Source: Mobula birostris (taxonomy: Eukaryota). Taken from it: DNA of 64,000 bases. A program made the position numbers and the translations under genes. The notes below the pieces were generated by a model. The model ran no database searches, was not told where the DNA came from, and saw only the letters and a list, made by a program, of their open reading frames with translations. This document shows, piece after piece, positions 35,690 to 47,944 of this stretch (position 1 is its first letter; every line of letters starts with the position of its first letter). The stretch spans positions 22,111,309 to 22,175,308 of the forward strand of contig NC_092379.1 of NCBI RefSeq assembly GCF_030028105.1, written 5' to 3'.

Positions 35690-36728
35690 CTGTGTCCGAT
35701 CACCACCCAGTGTTGATCAGTAGGCAGACACCACCTCCCCTCGTCTTGCCCGAAGACGCCATGCGGTCCATCCGATGGACCGAAAATCCCTCCAGTCAGA
35801 TGGCACAGTCGGGTGTGGCAGGGGAGAGGCAGGTCTCAGTGAAACAGAATACACAGCAGTTCCTCATCTCCCTGCAGTAGGTGAATCTCACTTTAAGATC
35901 ATCCACCTTCTTCTCTATGGCTTGCACATTAGCTAGTAGGATGGTGGGCATAGGGACCATGAAGCCCCTCAACTTCAATCTGACCAGCAGCCCAGCTCTT
36001 TTCCCACGCTTCCTCGGTAAATAGTGCATCTTTCCAGGTTTCCATCGATGCAGTGTGTTGTTGTCAGCTGTTTGAGATAGGTGGAGGCATCCTGCGGGGA
36101 TCGATCGGCTGGTCGCGTCGTTGGACACTCCAGGTCGGGCCGAGTGGGGGAGTCTTCACTGCCACTTCCAGCTGCTGGGGGCCAGGGCTGTCGATTGGGT
36201 CGGACCCCGAAGCCGACACTTAATCCCGGATGGCCGGGCTCCTGGCTGAAACAAGTCTGTAAACCGACTCACGGTTGCGGAGGCCTCCACTCCAGCCGAG
36301 CCTCGGGCTCGATTTCCGAGTTTGACGGTGGAGGTCTCATCTTCCAGCAGCTGTGGATGGCCACCAACGGGGCTTTACGGTGGTCGCTCCGGGGAATCGT
36401 CTGGGGCACCTTGAGGTCTCCGCCGACACTTCTGTGTGGTCGTCTGCTCCGGAGAGGTGCTGGTCGGAATGGGCCGTGTCTCCAAGCGCTCCGGCACGGT
36501 AGCAGACCGCGGGTCTCCGGGAACGTGGTCGGGTCCAGGTGCGGTCCGGAGTTTAAGAAGCAGGTCTGGCACGGTGGTCTCCATCTGGGTCAGTATCTTC
36601 GCCAGAGTGCTGTTGATCTTGATCTTGCTAAATTGGAGTTTTAGAAGGGTTTCTCGGTTACAGGACAGTGGAGAGGGCAGTTTGCTCGGGACAGCTGACA
36701 CAAAGTCGCCAGTTACCGGCGCCATCTT
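35690..36728 (-). mobile_element. Rex1/Babar 5' end (CpG-rich 5' region and APE start)
   Basis: RGKRAGLLVRLK...ILLANVQAIEKKVDDL...CCVFCFTET; starts with YY1-like AAGATGGCG on minus at 36720-36728. Confidence 0.8.
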
Positions 36729-36741
36729 CGACAAACTGCAC

Positions 36742-39690
36742 AGGACCGAAAGAAGGGTCGTAAATTTAGTTGGATCCAACTTGGGTATGAGCCTACAACG
36801 TACCCAGGATATCTTCAAGGTGTGGTGTCTCAGAAAGACAGCGTCCATTGTTAAGGACACCCAGCACCCAGACCATTCCCTTTTCTCACTTTTACCATCA
36901 GTGGGAGGTACAGAGCCTGAAGGCTCACACTCAGCGATTCAGGAACAGCTTCTTCTCCTCTACCATCCGATTCCTAAATGGACATTGAACCCTCCCTCAC
37001 TTGTTTAATATATATTATTTCTGTTTTTGCATGATTTTTAATCTATTCAATATACATACACTGAAATTTATTTATTCATTACGACCCGGATCTGGGCCAT
37101 ACCCTCCAAATATCCGGTCCTGCCTCTCGGATTTTTTGCACTACCTTACTTTCCATTTTCTATTTTCTATTTATGATTTATAATTTAAATTTTTAATATT
37201 TACTATCAATTTGTACTCCAGGGAGTGGGAAGTGCAGAATCAAATATCGCTGTGATGATTGTGTGTTCTAGTATCAATTATTTGGTGACAATAAAGTATA
37301 AAGTATTTATTTTTTCTTTTATATTATGTATTGCATTGAACTGCTGCTGCTAAGTCAATAAATTTCACGACACATGCCGGTGATAATAAACCTGATTCTA
37401 ATTCTGATTCTGGATGTTGAACTGACCGATGAATCAATGGGATTGGGAGTAGTGACTGATACCGTCACAGTCCTCCCGATACTGGACGGTCTTAGCAGTC
37501 CTGATAGTTGCAGCCTGGGACATTCAATCGTGCCCACAGAACCTCGTCTCTGTCCCGCTGTCTGAGGAATCTCCTATCATCACTGCATTCCTCTTCACCT
37601 CTCTGCTTTTCTGCGCCCCATCACGAGATCAGTGCCAGAGACCCGGTCCCTCTGGCTCCCCGCTGGCAGGTCAGCCCCCCAATATTATCTGAAGTTAAAT
37701 ACTTATTATTGAGGGGAACAGCCACAGGTGTTCTCTGCAGAAGCTGTCCATTTCCTCTTCTTTGCCTGACATTCGCCCAGTTATTTGTCTTCCCCATACT
37801 AAGGGTAACTACTTCCTTGTACCTCCTGTCGATCACCTCCTCATTTTCCCGTATGAGTTGAAGGTCATCGAGCTGCAGCTCTAATTCCTTAATACATTCT
37901 GTCAGTTGCTGCAACTCAGTGCACCTGGAGCAGATGTGTTCACCTGGGAGACTGGAGTCTCCCAGACTTCCCACATCCCACACAGAGTGCAAAACACTGC
38001 CCCTGGAGCCATTCCTACTAACCTACTATGCCCTAATAGATGAGGAATGAACTAATGGGAACAGAAAGAGAGAAACCTTATGGTCTTATGGAAGGTGGAG
38101 CAGGACTAAACAGAGGAAATCCATGAGACATAATCTCTCACACACAGAGCCTTGCTCACTAATCCTAATCTACCCCAAGGCCATTTGGCCCATCGAGTCT
38201 GTTTCGCCATTTTATCATGGCTGATCCATTTTCCCTCTCAACCCCAATTGTCTGTCTGCTACCCATATCTCTTCATACCCTGATTAATCAAGAATCTATC
38301 AACCTCTACCTTGAATATGCCGAGACTTGGCCTCCGCAGCCGCCTGTGGCAGTGAATTCATCTTCTAAAATAAACCCCTATTTTCTGAGGCTGTATCATC
38401 TGGTCTTAGACTCTCCGGTCATGGGAAACATCCTCTCCACATCCACTCTTAACATGGCTTTTCAACATTTGATCGGTTTCAATAGGTCACCCCTCATTCT
38501 TCTGAATTCCAGTGAGCACGTGAAATGCTCATCATGTGACGAGCCTTTCAATCCCAGAATCATTTTTGAGAATCTCCTTTGAACTCCCCACTATGTCAGC
38601 ACATTTTTTCTCAGATAAGGGGCCCAAAATTGCTCACAGTACTCCGTTAGGCCTCACCAGTGCTTTGTAAAGCCTCAACATTACATCCTTGCTTTTATCT
38701 TGTAGTCCTCTTCAAATGAATGCTGACATCACTTTTGCCTTCCTCACCACCCACTCAACCTGCAAATTAACCTTTAGGGAAGCCCACACAATGACTCCCA
38801 AGTTCATTTGCACCTCAGATTTTTCAATTTTCTGTCCATTTAGAAAATTGTCTGTCCTTTTATTTCTTCTAGCAAAGTGCATGACCGTTCAATACCGAAC
38901 GTTGTATTCCATCTGCCAGTTCATTGCCCATTCTACCAATCTGGCTTCGTCCTTCTGTAGCCTCTGTACTTCCTCAAAACTACCTGCCCCTCCACCCATC
39001 TTGTATCATGTGCAGACATTGCAACAAAGCCACCAATCCTGTCATCCAAGACTCTGACATTTCATGTTAAAGGGAGCAGTCCCGCCACTAGTCATCGGCA
39101 GCCAAACAGAAAAGGCTCCCTTTATTCCCATTCTTTGCCTCATATCAATCAGCCACTTTATCCATGCCAGTGTCTTTGCTGTAATATCTTGATTGCGTAA
39201 CTTGTTAAGCAGCCTCATGTGTAGCAACTTGTCAAAGCCCTTCTGAAAATCCAAGTACACAATATCCACCAATTCTTCTTTGTCTGTTCTACTTGATATT
39301 TCTTCAAAGAATTCCAACAAATTTCTAAGGCAAGGTGTTGCTTGAGAAAACCATGCTGACTACAGCCTATTTTATCAAGTGCCTCCAAGTATCTGGAAAC
39401 CACAACCTTCGCAATCGACTCCAACTTCTTCCCAACCCCTGAGGTCAGAATAACTGGCCTACAATTTCCTTTCTTCTGCCTCTTTGCTTCTTGAAAAGTG
39501 GAGTGACTTTTGGAAATTTCCAGTCTTCCAGAATTATTCCAGAATCTATTGATTCGTGAAAGATCATTACTCATGCCTCCACAGTCTCTTCAGCCAAGTA
39601 ACGGAAGCATCACCCACTCCTGCTCCCGACACTCTCGAAGTTCCACCATACTGCTCGTGCCTTCCACAGTGAAGACTGATGGAAAATATT
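36742..39690 (-). repeat. Inverted duplicate of about 18560-21250
   Basis: Same composite order (CR1 ORF2, CR1 ORF1 remnant, Rex1 tail with nested LINE tail) and same junctions in reverse complement; near-identical ORFs, e.g. 19768-20067 vs 38217-38582 and 20418-20657 vs 37374-37565. Confidence 0.92.
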
Positions 39691-39754
39691 TGCAACACAC
39701 ATCAAAGATGCTGCTGAACGCAGCAGGCCAGGCAGTATCTCTAGGGAGAGGTGC

Positions 39755-39790
39755 AGTCGAAGTTTCAGGCCGAGACCCTTCGTCAGGACT
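39755..39790 (-). ncRNA. Hammerhead motif, GAAACUUC variant
   Basis: Reverse complement AGTC-CTGACGA-agggtctcggcct-GAAACTTC-GACT. Confidence 0.65.
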
Positions 39791-40094
39791 AACTGAAGGA
39801 AGAGTGAGTAAGGGATTTGAAAGTGGGAGGGGGAGGGGGAGATCCAAAATGATAGGAGAAGACAGGAGGGGGAGGGATGGAGCCAGGAGCTGGACAGGTA
39901 TTTGGTAAAAGGGATACGAGAGGACAGGTCGGGGGGGGAACCCAGAGGATGGGCAAGGGGTATATTCAGAGGGACAGAGGGAGAAAAAGGAGAGTAAGAG
40001 AAAGAATGTGTGAATAAAAATAAGTAACAGATGGGGTACGAGGGGGAGGTGGGGCATTAGCGGAGGTTAGAGAAGTCGATGTTCATGCCATCAG

Positions 40095-40266
40095 AACAAC
40101 AGGAATTCTGCAGATGCTGTAAATTTAAGCAACACACATCAAGGTTGCTGGTAACAACAGGAATTCTGCAGATGCTGTAAATTTAAGCAACACACATCAA
40201 AGTTGCTGGTAACAACAGGAATTCTGCAGATGCTGTAAATTTAAGCAACACACATCAAAGTTGCTG
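40095..40266 (-). repeat. Three tandem copies of a 58-bp PLE terminal segment
   Basis: Units start at 40095, 40153 and 40211: AACAACAGGAATTCTGCAGATGCTGTAAATTTAAGCAACACACATCAAAGTTGCTGGT. Confidence 0.95.
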
Positions 40267-40841
40267 TGTCCGGTGCTCCCGATGTGGCCTCTTATATATT
40301 GGCAAGACCCGACGCAGACTGGGAGACCGCTTTGCTGAACACCTACGCTCCGTCCGCCAGAGAACGCAGGATCTCCCAGTGACCACACATTTTAATTCCA
40401 CATCCCATTCCCATTCTGACACGTCTATCCACGGCCTCCTCTACTGTAAAGATGAAGCCACACTCAGGTTGGAGGAACAACACCTTATATTCCGTCTGGG
40501 TAGCCTCCAACCTGATGGCATGAACATCGACTTCTCTAACTTCCGCTAATGCCCCACCTCCCCCTCGAACCCCATCTGTTACTTATTTTTATACACACAT
40601 TCTTTCTCTCACTCTCCTTTTTCTCCCTCTGTCCCTCTGAATATACCCCTTGCCCATCCTCTGGGTTCCCCCGCCTTCTCTTGCTTCCCGGACCTCCTGA
40701 CCCATGATCCTCTCGTATCCCTTTTGCCAATCACCTGTCCAGCTCCTGGCTCCATCCATCCCCCTCCTGTCTTCTCCTATCATTTTGGATCTCCCCCTCC
40801 CCCTCCCACTTTCAAATCTCTGACTCACTCTTCCTTCAGTT

Positions 40842-40877
40842 AGTCCTGACGAAGGGTCTCGGCCTGAAACGTCGACT
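40842..40877 (+). ncRNA. Minimal type I hammerhead ribozyme motif, canonical
   Basis: AGTC-CTGACGA-AGGgtctcggCCT-GAAACGTC-GACT; all stems pair. Confidence 0.85.
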
Positions 40878-41039
40878 ACACCTCTTCCTAGAGATGCTGC
40901 CTGGCCTGCTGCGTTCACCAGCAACTTTGAAAAGTATTCTGAAGGCAAGGTGACTCAGCCATGCTGAACAAGGAAAGTCAAGGCCAACATAAAACCAAAG
41001 AGAGGGCATATAACTGAGCAGAAGTTATTGGGAAGTTAG

Positions 41040-42134
41040 TGTTATAAGCTGGGCATGGATGGCGGACCCAAAAGCAACACAGGGACTAGGTTTATCGAGA
41101 TAGGAAGGTGAGTAAGGAAGAGACAATGCTTGAAATTGACACAGTCCCTGGATGAGTCTAGGGTTCAGGGCCAGGGCTGGGACTTGGACTAGAAACACAG
41201 GACCCGGACAGGGAACTAGGAACGAGGAGCCTGGACTAGGAACACGGAACTCCGGAACCAGAACCTGGACAAGGACCCGGAACCTGGGTCTTGGTTTGGA
41301 CTTGGACTCAGAACTGGAACCCGGGTCTGGGCTAGGACTCGGGACTAGGATCTTGGCAAGGGCAGGACGTGGCTACAGGTCAGGACGAGGTACCCCAATG
41401 GTGGGTGAGGAACCCCTGGGCTGGCTGAGGAACCAGAACTAGTTGAGGACACAAAGCTCAGATTTGGACCAGGCTTGGTCTTGGAACACAGAGCATTGGA
41501 CTTCAACTGGGCACTCAGAGCCTTGGACGTGAGGTACTCCAGGGCAGGACGTGGCTCTTGGACTAGCTCTGGCTCGGCTCTTGGACTCGGCTTTGTTAGG
41601 CTCTGGGACGCGGGGCCGGGACCCTTTCTGCTGAGGATACCTGCCAAGGGAACTGCCGAGGTAAACTGCCAAGGGACTCCTGGACTGGATGAGAACACGA
41701 AGCCTGGACTTGGACAGGACTGGAAAACAGCGCCTGGAACTTGGAACACAGAACACAGAGCCGGGACCCCTCCTTGGGAACAGTACCAAGGGCCGGGACT
41801 CTTCTTTGACACAGACACAAAACACGGGGACACAAAGAGATAGTTCCAAACTCAACAATAAATAGTTCCTTATCTTGGCATGACAAGGCTCCGGTCTCAC
41901 TCTGGCAGTTGAACTTGACGGGGATGCAGGCAGGGCTTCAGAAGGAAGGGGAAGGGAACAGTCCAGTAGGGAATTCTTGGTTTGAGAGGTATTTATGTGC
42001 CAGCCCAAAACGAGAATCAGGTGCCTCAGTTAAGGCACCCAATAGAACTGGGGAAAACAGGGAAAACCCGGAATATGGATCGATTGAACAGACCGTGAAC
42101 TGGAATGCAGACTTCACGGACAAAGGCCACGACA
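41040..42134 (-). mobile_element. Solo LTR, duplicate of 24045-25186
   Basis: TGTTATAAGC...CACGACA; flanks GTTAG/GCTGG; same CR1 insertion site. Confidence 0.8.
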
Positions 42135-44500
42135 GCTGGAGGAATGGGAAGCTTTTGAGAACTAGCATAAGGTAACTGAAAAAGTCTGTAAGAAGGTAAA
42201 GGTGGAATACGAAAGTAAGCTAGCCAATAATATTAATGAGGATACCAACAGTCTCTTCAGATATATGAACTGTAAAAGAGAGGTGAGAGGTCATATCGGC
42301 CCACTGGAAAACGATGCTGGGAGGGTGGTAATGAGGGACAAGGAAATAGCTGAAGAACTGAATAAATACATTTCATCAGTCTTCACTGTGGAAGACACAA
42401 GCAGCATGGTAGAAGTTCCAGGTGTCAGGGGTCATGAAGTGTGCTACCATTACCATGGAGAAGATTCTTGAGAAACTGAGGGAGATGAGTCACCTGGAGC
42501 AGATGGTACACACCACAACATTCAGAAAGAGGTGGCTGAAGACAATATAGAGGCATTAGTAATGATCTTTCAAGAAGCACTGGATTCTGGAATGGAGGAC
42601 TGGAAAATTGCAAATGTCACTCCACTCTTCAAGAAGGGAGAGAGACAGAAGAAAGGAAGTTATTGGCGAGTTTGTCATGGGGGAGGGGCAGGTAGTTTTT
42701 AGAGAGGCTACAGAAAGACTGAAGCAGATTAGCAGACTGGGCAAAGAACTGACAGATGGAATACAGTGTCAGCAATTGTATGCTCATGCTCTTTGGTAGA
42801 AGAAACTAAAGCTTTAACTATTGACTGAGTGGACAGAACATACAAAACTCTGAGGCACAAAGGAATTGAGAGCCAATGAGCAGTATTCTCTGAAGGTTAA
42901 TTTGCAAGTTGAGTCCGTGGTGAGGAAGGTAAATGAGATATTAGCATTCATTTCCAGAGAATTGGAATATTAAAACCAGGATGTAATGTTGAGACTTTAT
43001 AAAACACTGTTGAAGCCTCACTTCATCTTCCATCAGCTTTTATTATCTTCAGCCTTTTGTCACTCCCACCCATCACCTACCAGGGGGCACAGTTTTCAGG
43101 ACAGAGTTAAAAGATTTGATGGGAACAGAAGGAACAAGTTTTTCAACCAGAGGACGGTCTGCAGATGGAATCAGCTGCCTGATGATGTGGGTGAGGCAGA
43201 TACAAGAACAACACTAAAAAAACACTTGGACAAGTACATGAATTGATAGGATTCAGAGCAGGGGTTCCTAACCTTCGGTACATGGACCCCTTGCTTAATG
43301 GTATCGGTCAATGGCATAAAAGGGTTGGGAACACTTGTTTTACAGGGATGTGGGGTACGCACTGGTAAATGGGCAACTTTGATGCGAAACTTGGTCCACA
43401 TTGACCAGTTGGGCCAAGAGTCCTATTTCCATGCTCTATGACTCTGCATGAGATGTTCCAGTTTGTGAAGTCAAACCAGGCAAAAAGTCTTTCACAGTAA
43501 ACAGTTGGGTCCTGGGGGTGCTGATATTCTCCAGGGGAGCCAACACCTTGACAGCATTAAAATTGATTTCTTCAGCATCCAATAACTGCTCCCCTCCTCT
43601 GTCCCTTACCTCCCGCCTCCTGATCTCCCTGACCCACAACACCATCTCTTTCTCATCCTCCACCCTCTGTATCATTCTGGTAATACCATGGGCTCTTAAG
43701 TTGGTAAGCAGCCTCATGTGTGGCACCTTGTCAAAGGCCTCCTGAAAGTCCAAAGTTCAAAGTAAATTTATAATCAGAGTACATAGATGCCGCCATATAC
43801 TACCCTGAGATTTATTTTAGACCATAAGACATAGGAGCAGAATTAGGCCATTTGGCCCATCTAGTCTGCTCCACTGTTCAATTATGGCTGATCCTTTTTT
43901 TATCTCCTCCTCAACCTCAGTTCCCAGCCTTCTCCCCACAACCTTTGATATCATGTCCAGTCAAGAACCTATCAATCTCTGCCTTAAATACACCCAAATT
44001 TCTGGCCTCCACAGCTGCATGTGGGAATAAATTCCACAGATTCATCACCCTCTGGCTGAAGAAATTTTTCTGCATCTCTATTTTGAATGGACGCTCTTCT
44101 ATCCTGAAGCTGTGCCCTCTTGTCCTAGACTCTCCCACCATGGGAAACAGCCCTTCCACATCTACTCTGTCCAGGCCTTTCAATTTTCAACAGGTTTCAA
44201 TGAGATTCCCCCTCATCCTTCTGAATTCCAGCGAGTACAGACACAGAAGCATCAAATGCTCCTCATATTATGACATTTTCATTCCTGGAATCATCCTTGT
44301 GAACCTCCTCTGGACCCTCTCCAATGCCAGCACATCTCTTCTAAGATGAGGAGCACAAAACTGTACACAATATTCAAGGTGAGGCCTCACCAGTGCCTTA
44401 TAATGCCTCAGCATCACATCCCTGCTCTTGTTTTCTGGACCTCTTGAAATGAATGTTAACATTGCATTTGCCTTCCTCACCACCGAATCATCCTGGCGGA
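42135..44500. mobile_element. CR1 fragments on both strands, including the segment deleted in copy 1
   Basis: Plus-strand CR1 to about 43010 and 43100-43250; minus-strand CR1 3' end 43820-44500 (PHLEYCVQFCAPH). Confidence 0.75.
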
Positions 44501-44504
44501 GAAA

Positions 44505-45205
44505 CTCACCTGGTCCCTCAACACCAGCTCCATAGCAAAGAAAGCCCAGCAGCATCTCTACTTTCTGCGAAGGCTGAGAAAAGTCCATCTCCCAACCCCC
44601 ACCCTCACCACATTCTACAGAGGTTGTATTGAGAGCATCCTGAGCAGCTGCATCACTGCCTGGTTCAGAAATTGCATCATCTCGGATCGCAAGACCCTGC
44701 AGCGGATAGTGAGGTCAGCTGAGAAGATCATCAGGGTCTCCCTTCCCACCATACAGACATTTACACAACGCGCTGCATCCGTAAAGCAAACACCATTATG
44801 AAGGACCACACGCACCCATCATACAAACTCTTCTCCCTTCTGTAATCTGGCAAAAGGCACCGAAGCGTTCAGGCTCTCACGACCAGACTATGTAACAGTT
44901 TCTTCCCCCAAGCCATCAGACTCCTCAATACCCAGAGCCTGGACTGACACCAACCTACTGCCCTCTACTGTGCCTATTGTCTTGTTTATTATTTATTGTA
45001 ATGCCTGCACTGTTTTGTGCACTTTATGCAGTCCTGGGTAGGTCTGTAGTCTAGTGTAGTTTTTGCATTGTTTTACGTAGTTCACTGCAGTTTTTGTATT
45101 GTTTGGTGTAGCACCATGGTCCTGAAAAACGTTGTCTTGTTTTAACTGTGTACTGTACCAGCAGTTATGGTCGAAATGACAATAAAAAGTGACGATTTGA
45201 CTTGA
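44505..45205 (+). mobile_element. Rex1/Babar 3' end
   Basis: [14 protein letters not shown]...[14 protein letters not shown] motif; AATAAA plus GACTTG tail. Confidence 0.85.
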
Positions 45206-47605
45206 AAGTTTACCTTTATATTTTGGAAGGACTAATCAAAATAGGACATACATGGTAAATGGTACGGCACTGAAGAATCCAGTAGAACAGAGTGATCCAG
45301 GAATAATGGTGCATAGTTCCCTGAAGGTGGAATCTCATGTGGATAGGGTGGTGAAGAAAGCTTTTGGTACACTGGCCTTTATAAATCAGAGCATTGAGTA
45401 TAGGAGATGGGATGAAATGTTAAATTGTACAAGGCATTGGTAAGGCCAAATTTGGAGTCTTGTGTACAGTTCTGGTCACCGAATCACAGAAAAGATGTCA
45501 ACAAAATGGAGAGGGTCCAGAGAAGAGTTAGTAGAATGTTACCTGGATTTCAGCACCTGAGTTACAGAGAAAGGTTGGACAAGTTAGGTCTTTATTCTTT
45601 GGAGCGTAGAAGGTTGAGGGGGGACTTGATAGAGGTATTTAAAATTATGAGTGGGACAGATAGATTTGATGTGGATAAGCTTTTTCAATTGAGAGTAGGG
45701 GAGATTCAAACAAGAGGACATGAGTTGAGAGTTGGGGGCAAAAGTTTAGGGGTAACACGAAGGGGAATTTCTTTACTCAGAGAGTGGTGGCCGTGTGGAA
45801 TGAGCTTCCAGTAGAAGTGGTAGAGGCAGGTTTGATATTGTCATTTAAAGAAAAATTGAATAGGTATATGGACAGGAAAGGAAAGGTTTATGGGCTGAGT
45901 GCAGGTCGGTGAGACTAGATGAGAGTAAGTGTTCGGCACGGACTAGAAGGGCGAGATAGCCTGTTTCAGTGCTGTAATTGTTATATGGTTATAGGGTCTT
46001 CTGCAAAAGGCCTCACAAGCCCCTTTCATCTCAGATTTTTGGATTTTCTCCCTGTTTAGAAAATACTCCACACATTTATTTCTCCTACCAAAGTGCATGA
46101 TCATTCATTTTCCTCCATTATATTTCATTGGCCACTTTCTCGCCCATTCTCCAAATCCGTCTGTCCTTCTGCATCATACCAGTTTCCTCAACACTACCTG
46201 TTCCTCCACCCGTCTTTGTATCATCTGCAAACTTGGCAACAAAGCCATCTGTTTCATTATCTAAATCATTTATACACAGCATAAAAAATGTAGGCCCAAC
46301 ACTGCCCCTGTGGAACACCACTAGTCACTGGCAGCCAACCAGCCAAGGATCCTTCTATTCCCACTCGCTGACTTCACCCAATCAGCCAATGCTCCACCCA
46401 TCCTGGTAACGTTCCTGAAATACCATGGGCTCTTAACTTGCTAAGCAGCCTTATATGTGGCACCTTGTCAAAGGCCTTCTGAAAGTCCAAATATACAACA
46501 TCCACTACATCCCCTTTATCGATCCTACTTGTAATCTCCTCAAAGAATTCCAACAGGTTCGTCAGGCAGGGTTTTACCTGATGGAAACAGCGCTGACTTT
46601 GTCCTGTCTTGTCCTGGGTCAACGAGTACTCCGTCACCTCGTCCTTAACAATTGACTCGAACATCTTCCCAACCATTGAGGTCAGTCTAACTTGTCTATA
46701 ATTTCCTTTCAGCTGCCTTCCTCCTTTCTTAAAGAGTGGAATGACATTTGCAATTTTCCAGTCCTCTGGCACCATGCCAGAGTCCAATGATTTTGAAAGG
46801 ATCATTTCCACTTTCACCACAATCTCTAATGCTCTCTCTTTCAGAACGCTAGGGTGCAGTTTCTCTGGTCTGGGTGACTTATGATCTTTTAGGTCTTCAG
46901 CCTTCTCCCTTGTAATAGTAACAGCACCCACTTCTCTTCCTTCCCACACTACAACATCGGGCATACTGCTGGTGTCTTCCACAGTGAAGACTGATGCAAA
47001 ATATTCATTTAATTCATCTGCCATCTCCTTGTTCCCCATTTATTATTTCTCCTGCCTCATTTGGTAGTGGTCCTATATCCACTCTCATTTCTCTTTTAAT
47101 TTCTACATACTACAAAAAGCTTTCGCTATCCACTTTGATATTACTGTTAGCTTGCTTTTATATTTTATCTTTTCCCTTCTAATGATTCTTTTCGTTGTTC
47201 TCTGTAGGTTTTTAAAAACTTCTCAATCCTCTGTCTTCCCAATCATTTCGCTTTGTTGTATGCCCTCTCTTTTGTTTTTACATCAGCTTTGAATTCCCTC
47301 GTCAGCCACAGTTGTACTATTTTACCATTTGAGAATTTCTTCATATTTGGAATACACATGTCCTGCACCTTCCTCACTTTTCCCAGAGACACATGACATT
47401 GCTGCTCTGCTGACATCCCTGCTCGCAGATCCTTCCAATTTACTTTGGTGAACTCCTCATACCACTGTAATTTCCCTTACTCCACTGAAATATTGCTATG
47501 TCAAACTTTACTTTCTCCCTATCCAATTTCAAGTTGATCTCAATCACATTGTGATCACTAGTTCCTAAGGGTTCTTTACCTTAAACTCCCTGATCATCTC
47601 CGGTT
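45206..47605. mobile_element. CR1 3' end (+) abutting CR1 RT (-); duplicates of 26636-28925
   Basis: ORFs 45425-45814 (+) and 46374-47039 (-). Confidence 0.9.
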
Positions 47606-47944
47606 CAGAATCAGAATCAGAATCAGAATCGGGTTTGTTATCACCAGCATGTGACGTGAGACTTGTTATCTTCACAGCAGCAGTTCAATGCAATACATAA
47701 TCTAGCAGAGAGAGAAAATATAATAATAAATAAAATAAAACATAATAAACAAACAAGTAAATCAATTACGTATATTGAATAGATTATTAAAAAATGCGCA
47801 AAAACAAAAATACTGTATGTGAAAAACGTGAGGTAGTGTCCAAAGCTTCAATGTCCATTTAGGAATCGGATGGCAGAGTGGAAGAAGCTGTTCCTGATCG
47901 CTGAGTGTGCGCCTTCAGGCTTCTGTATCTCCTACCTGATGATA

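Larger units (their letters stand above)
39691..40927. mobile_element. PLE inverted structure: minus pLTR, 3x58-bp end repeats, plus-strand GIY-YIG and pLTR
   Basis: Minus pLTR 39691-40094; plus CVRCSRCGLLYIGKTRRRLGDRFAEH from 40262; plus pLTR to 40927. Confidence 0.9.

Noticed and set aside
36081-37008. 160-190 aa ORFs as a host gene
   Set aside because: They are stop-poor frames over the GC-rich 5' region of a Rex1 element and cross an unrelated junction at about 36730.
40095-40266. CRISPR-like repeat array
   Set aside because: The units are contiguous with no spacers, derive from the PLE terminus, and the context is eukaryotic.
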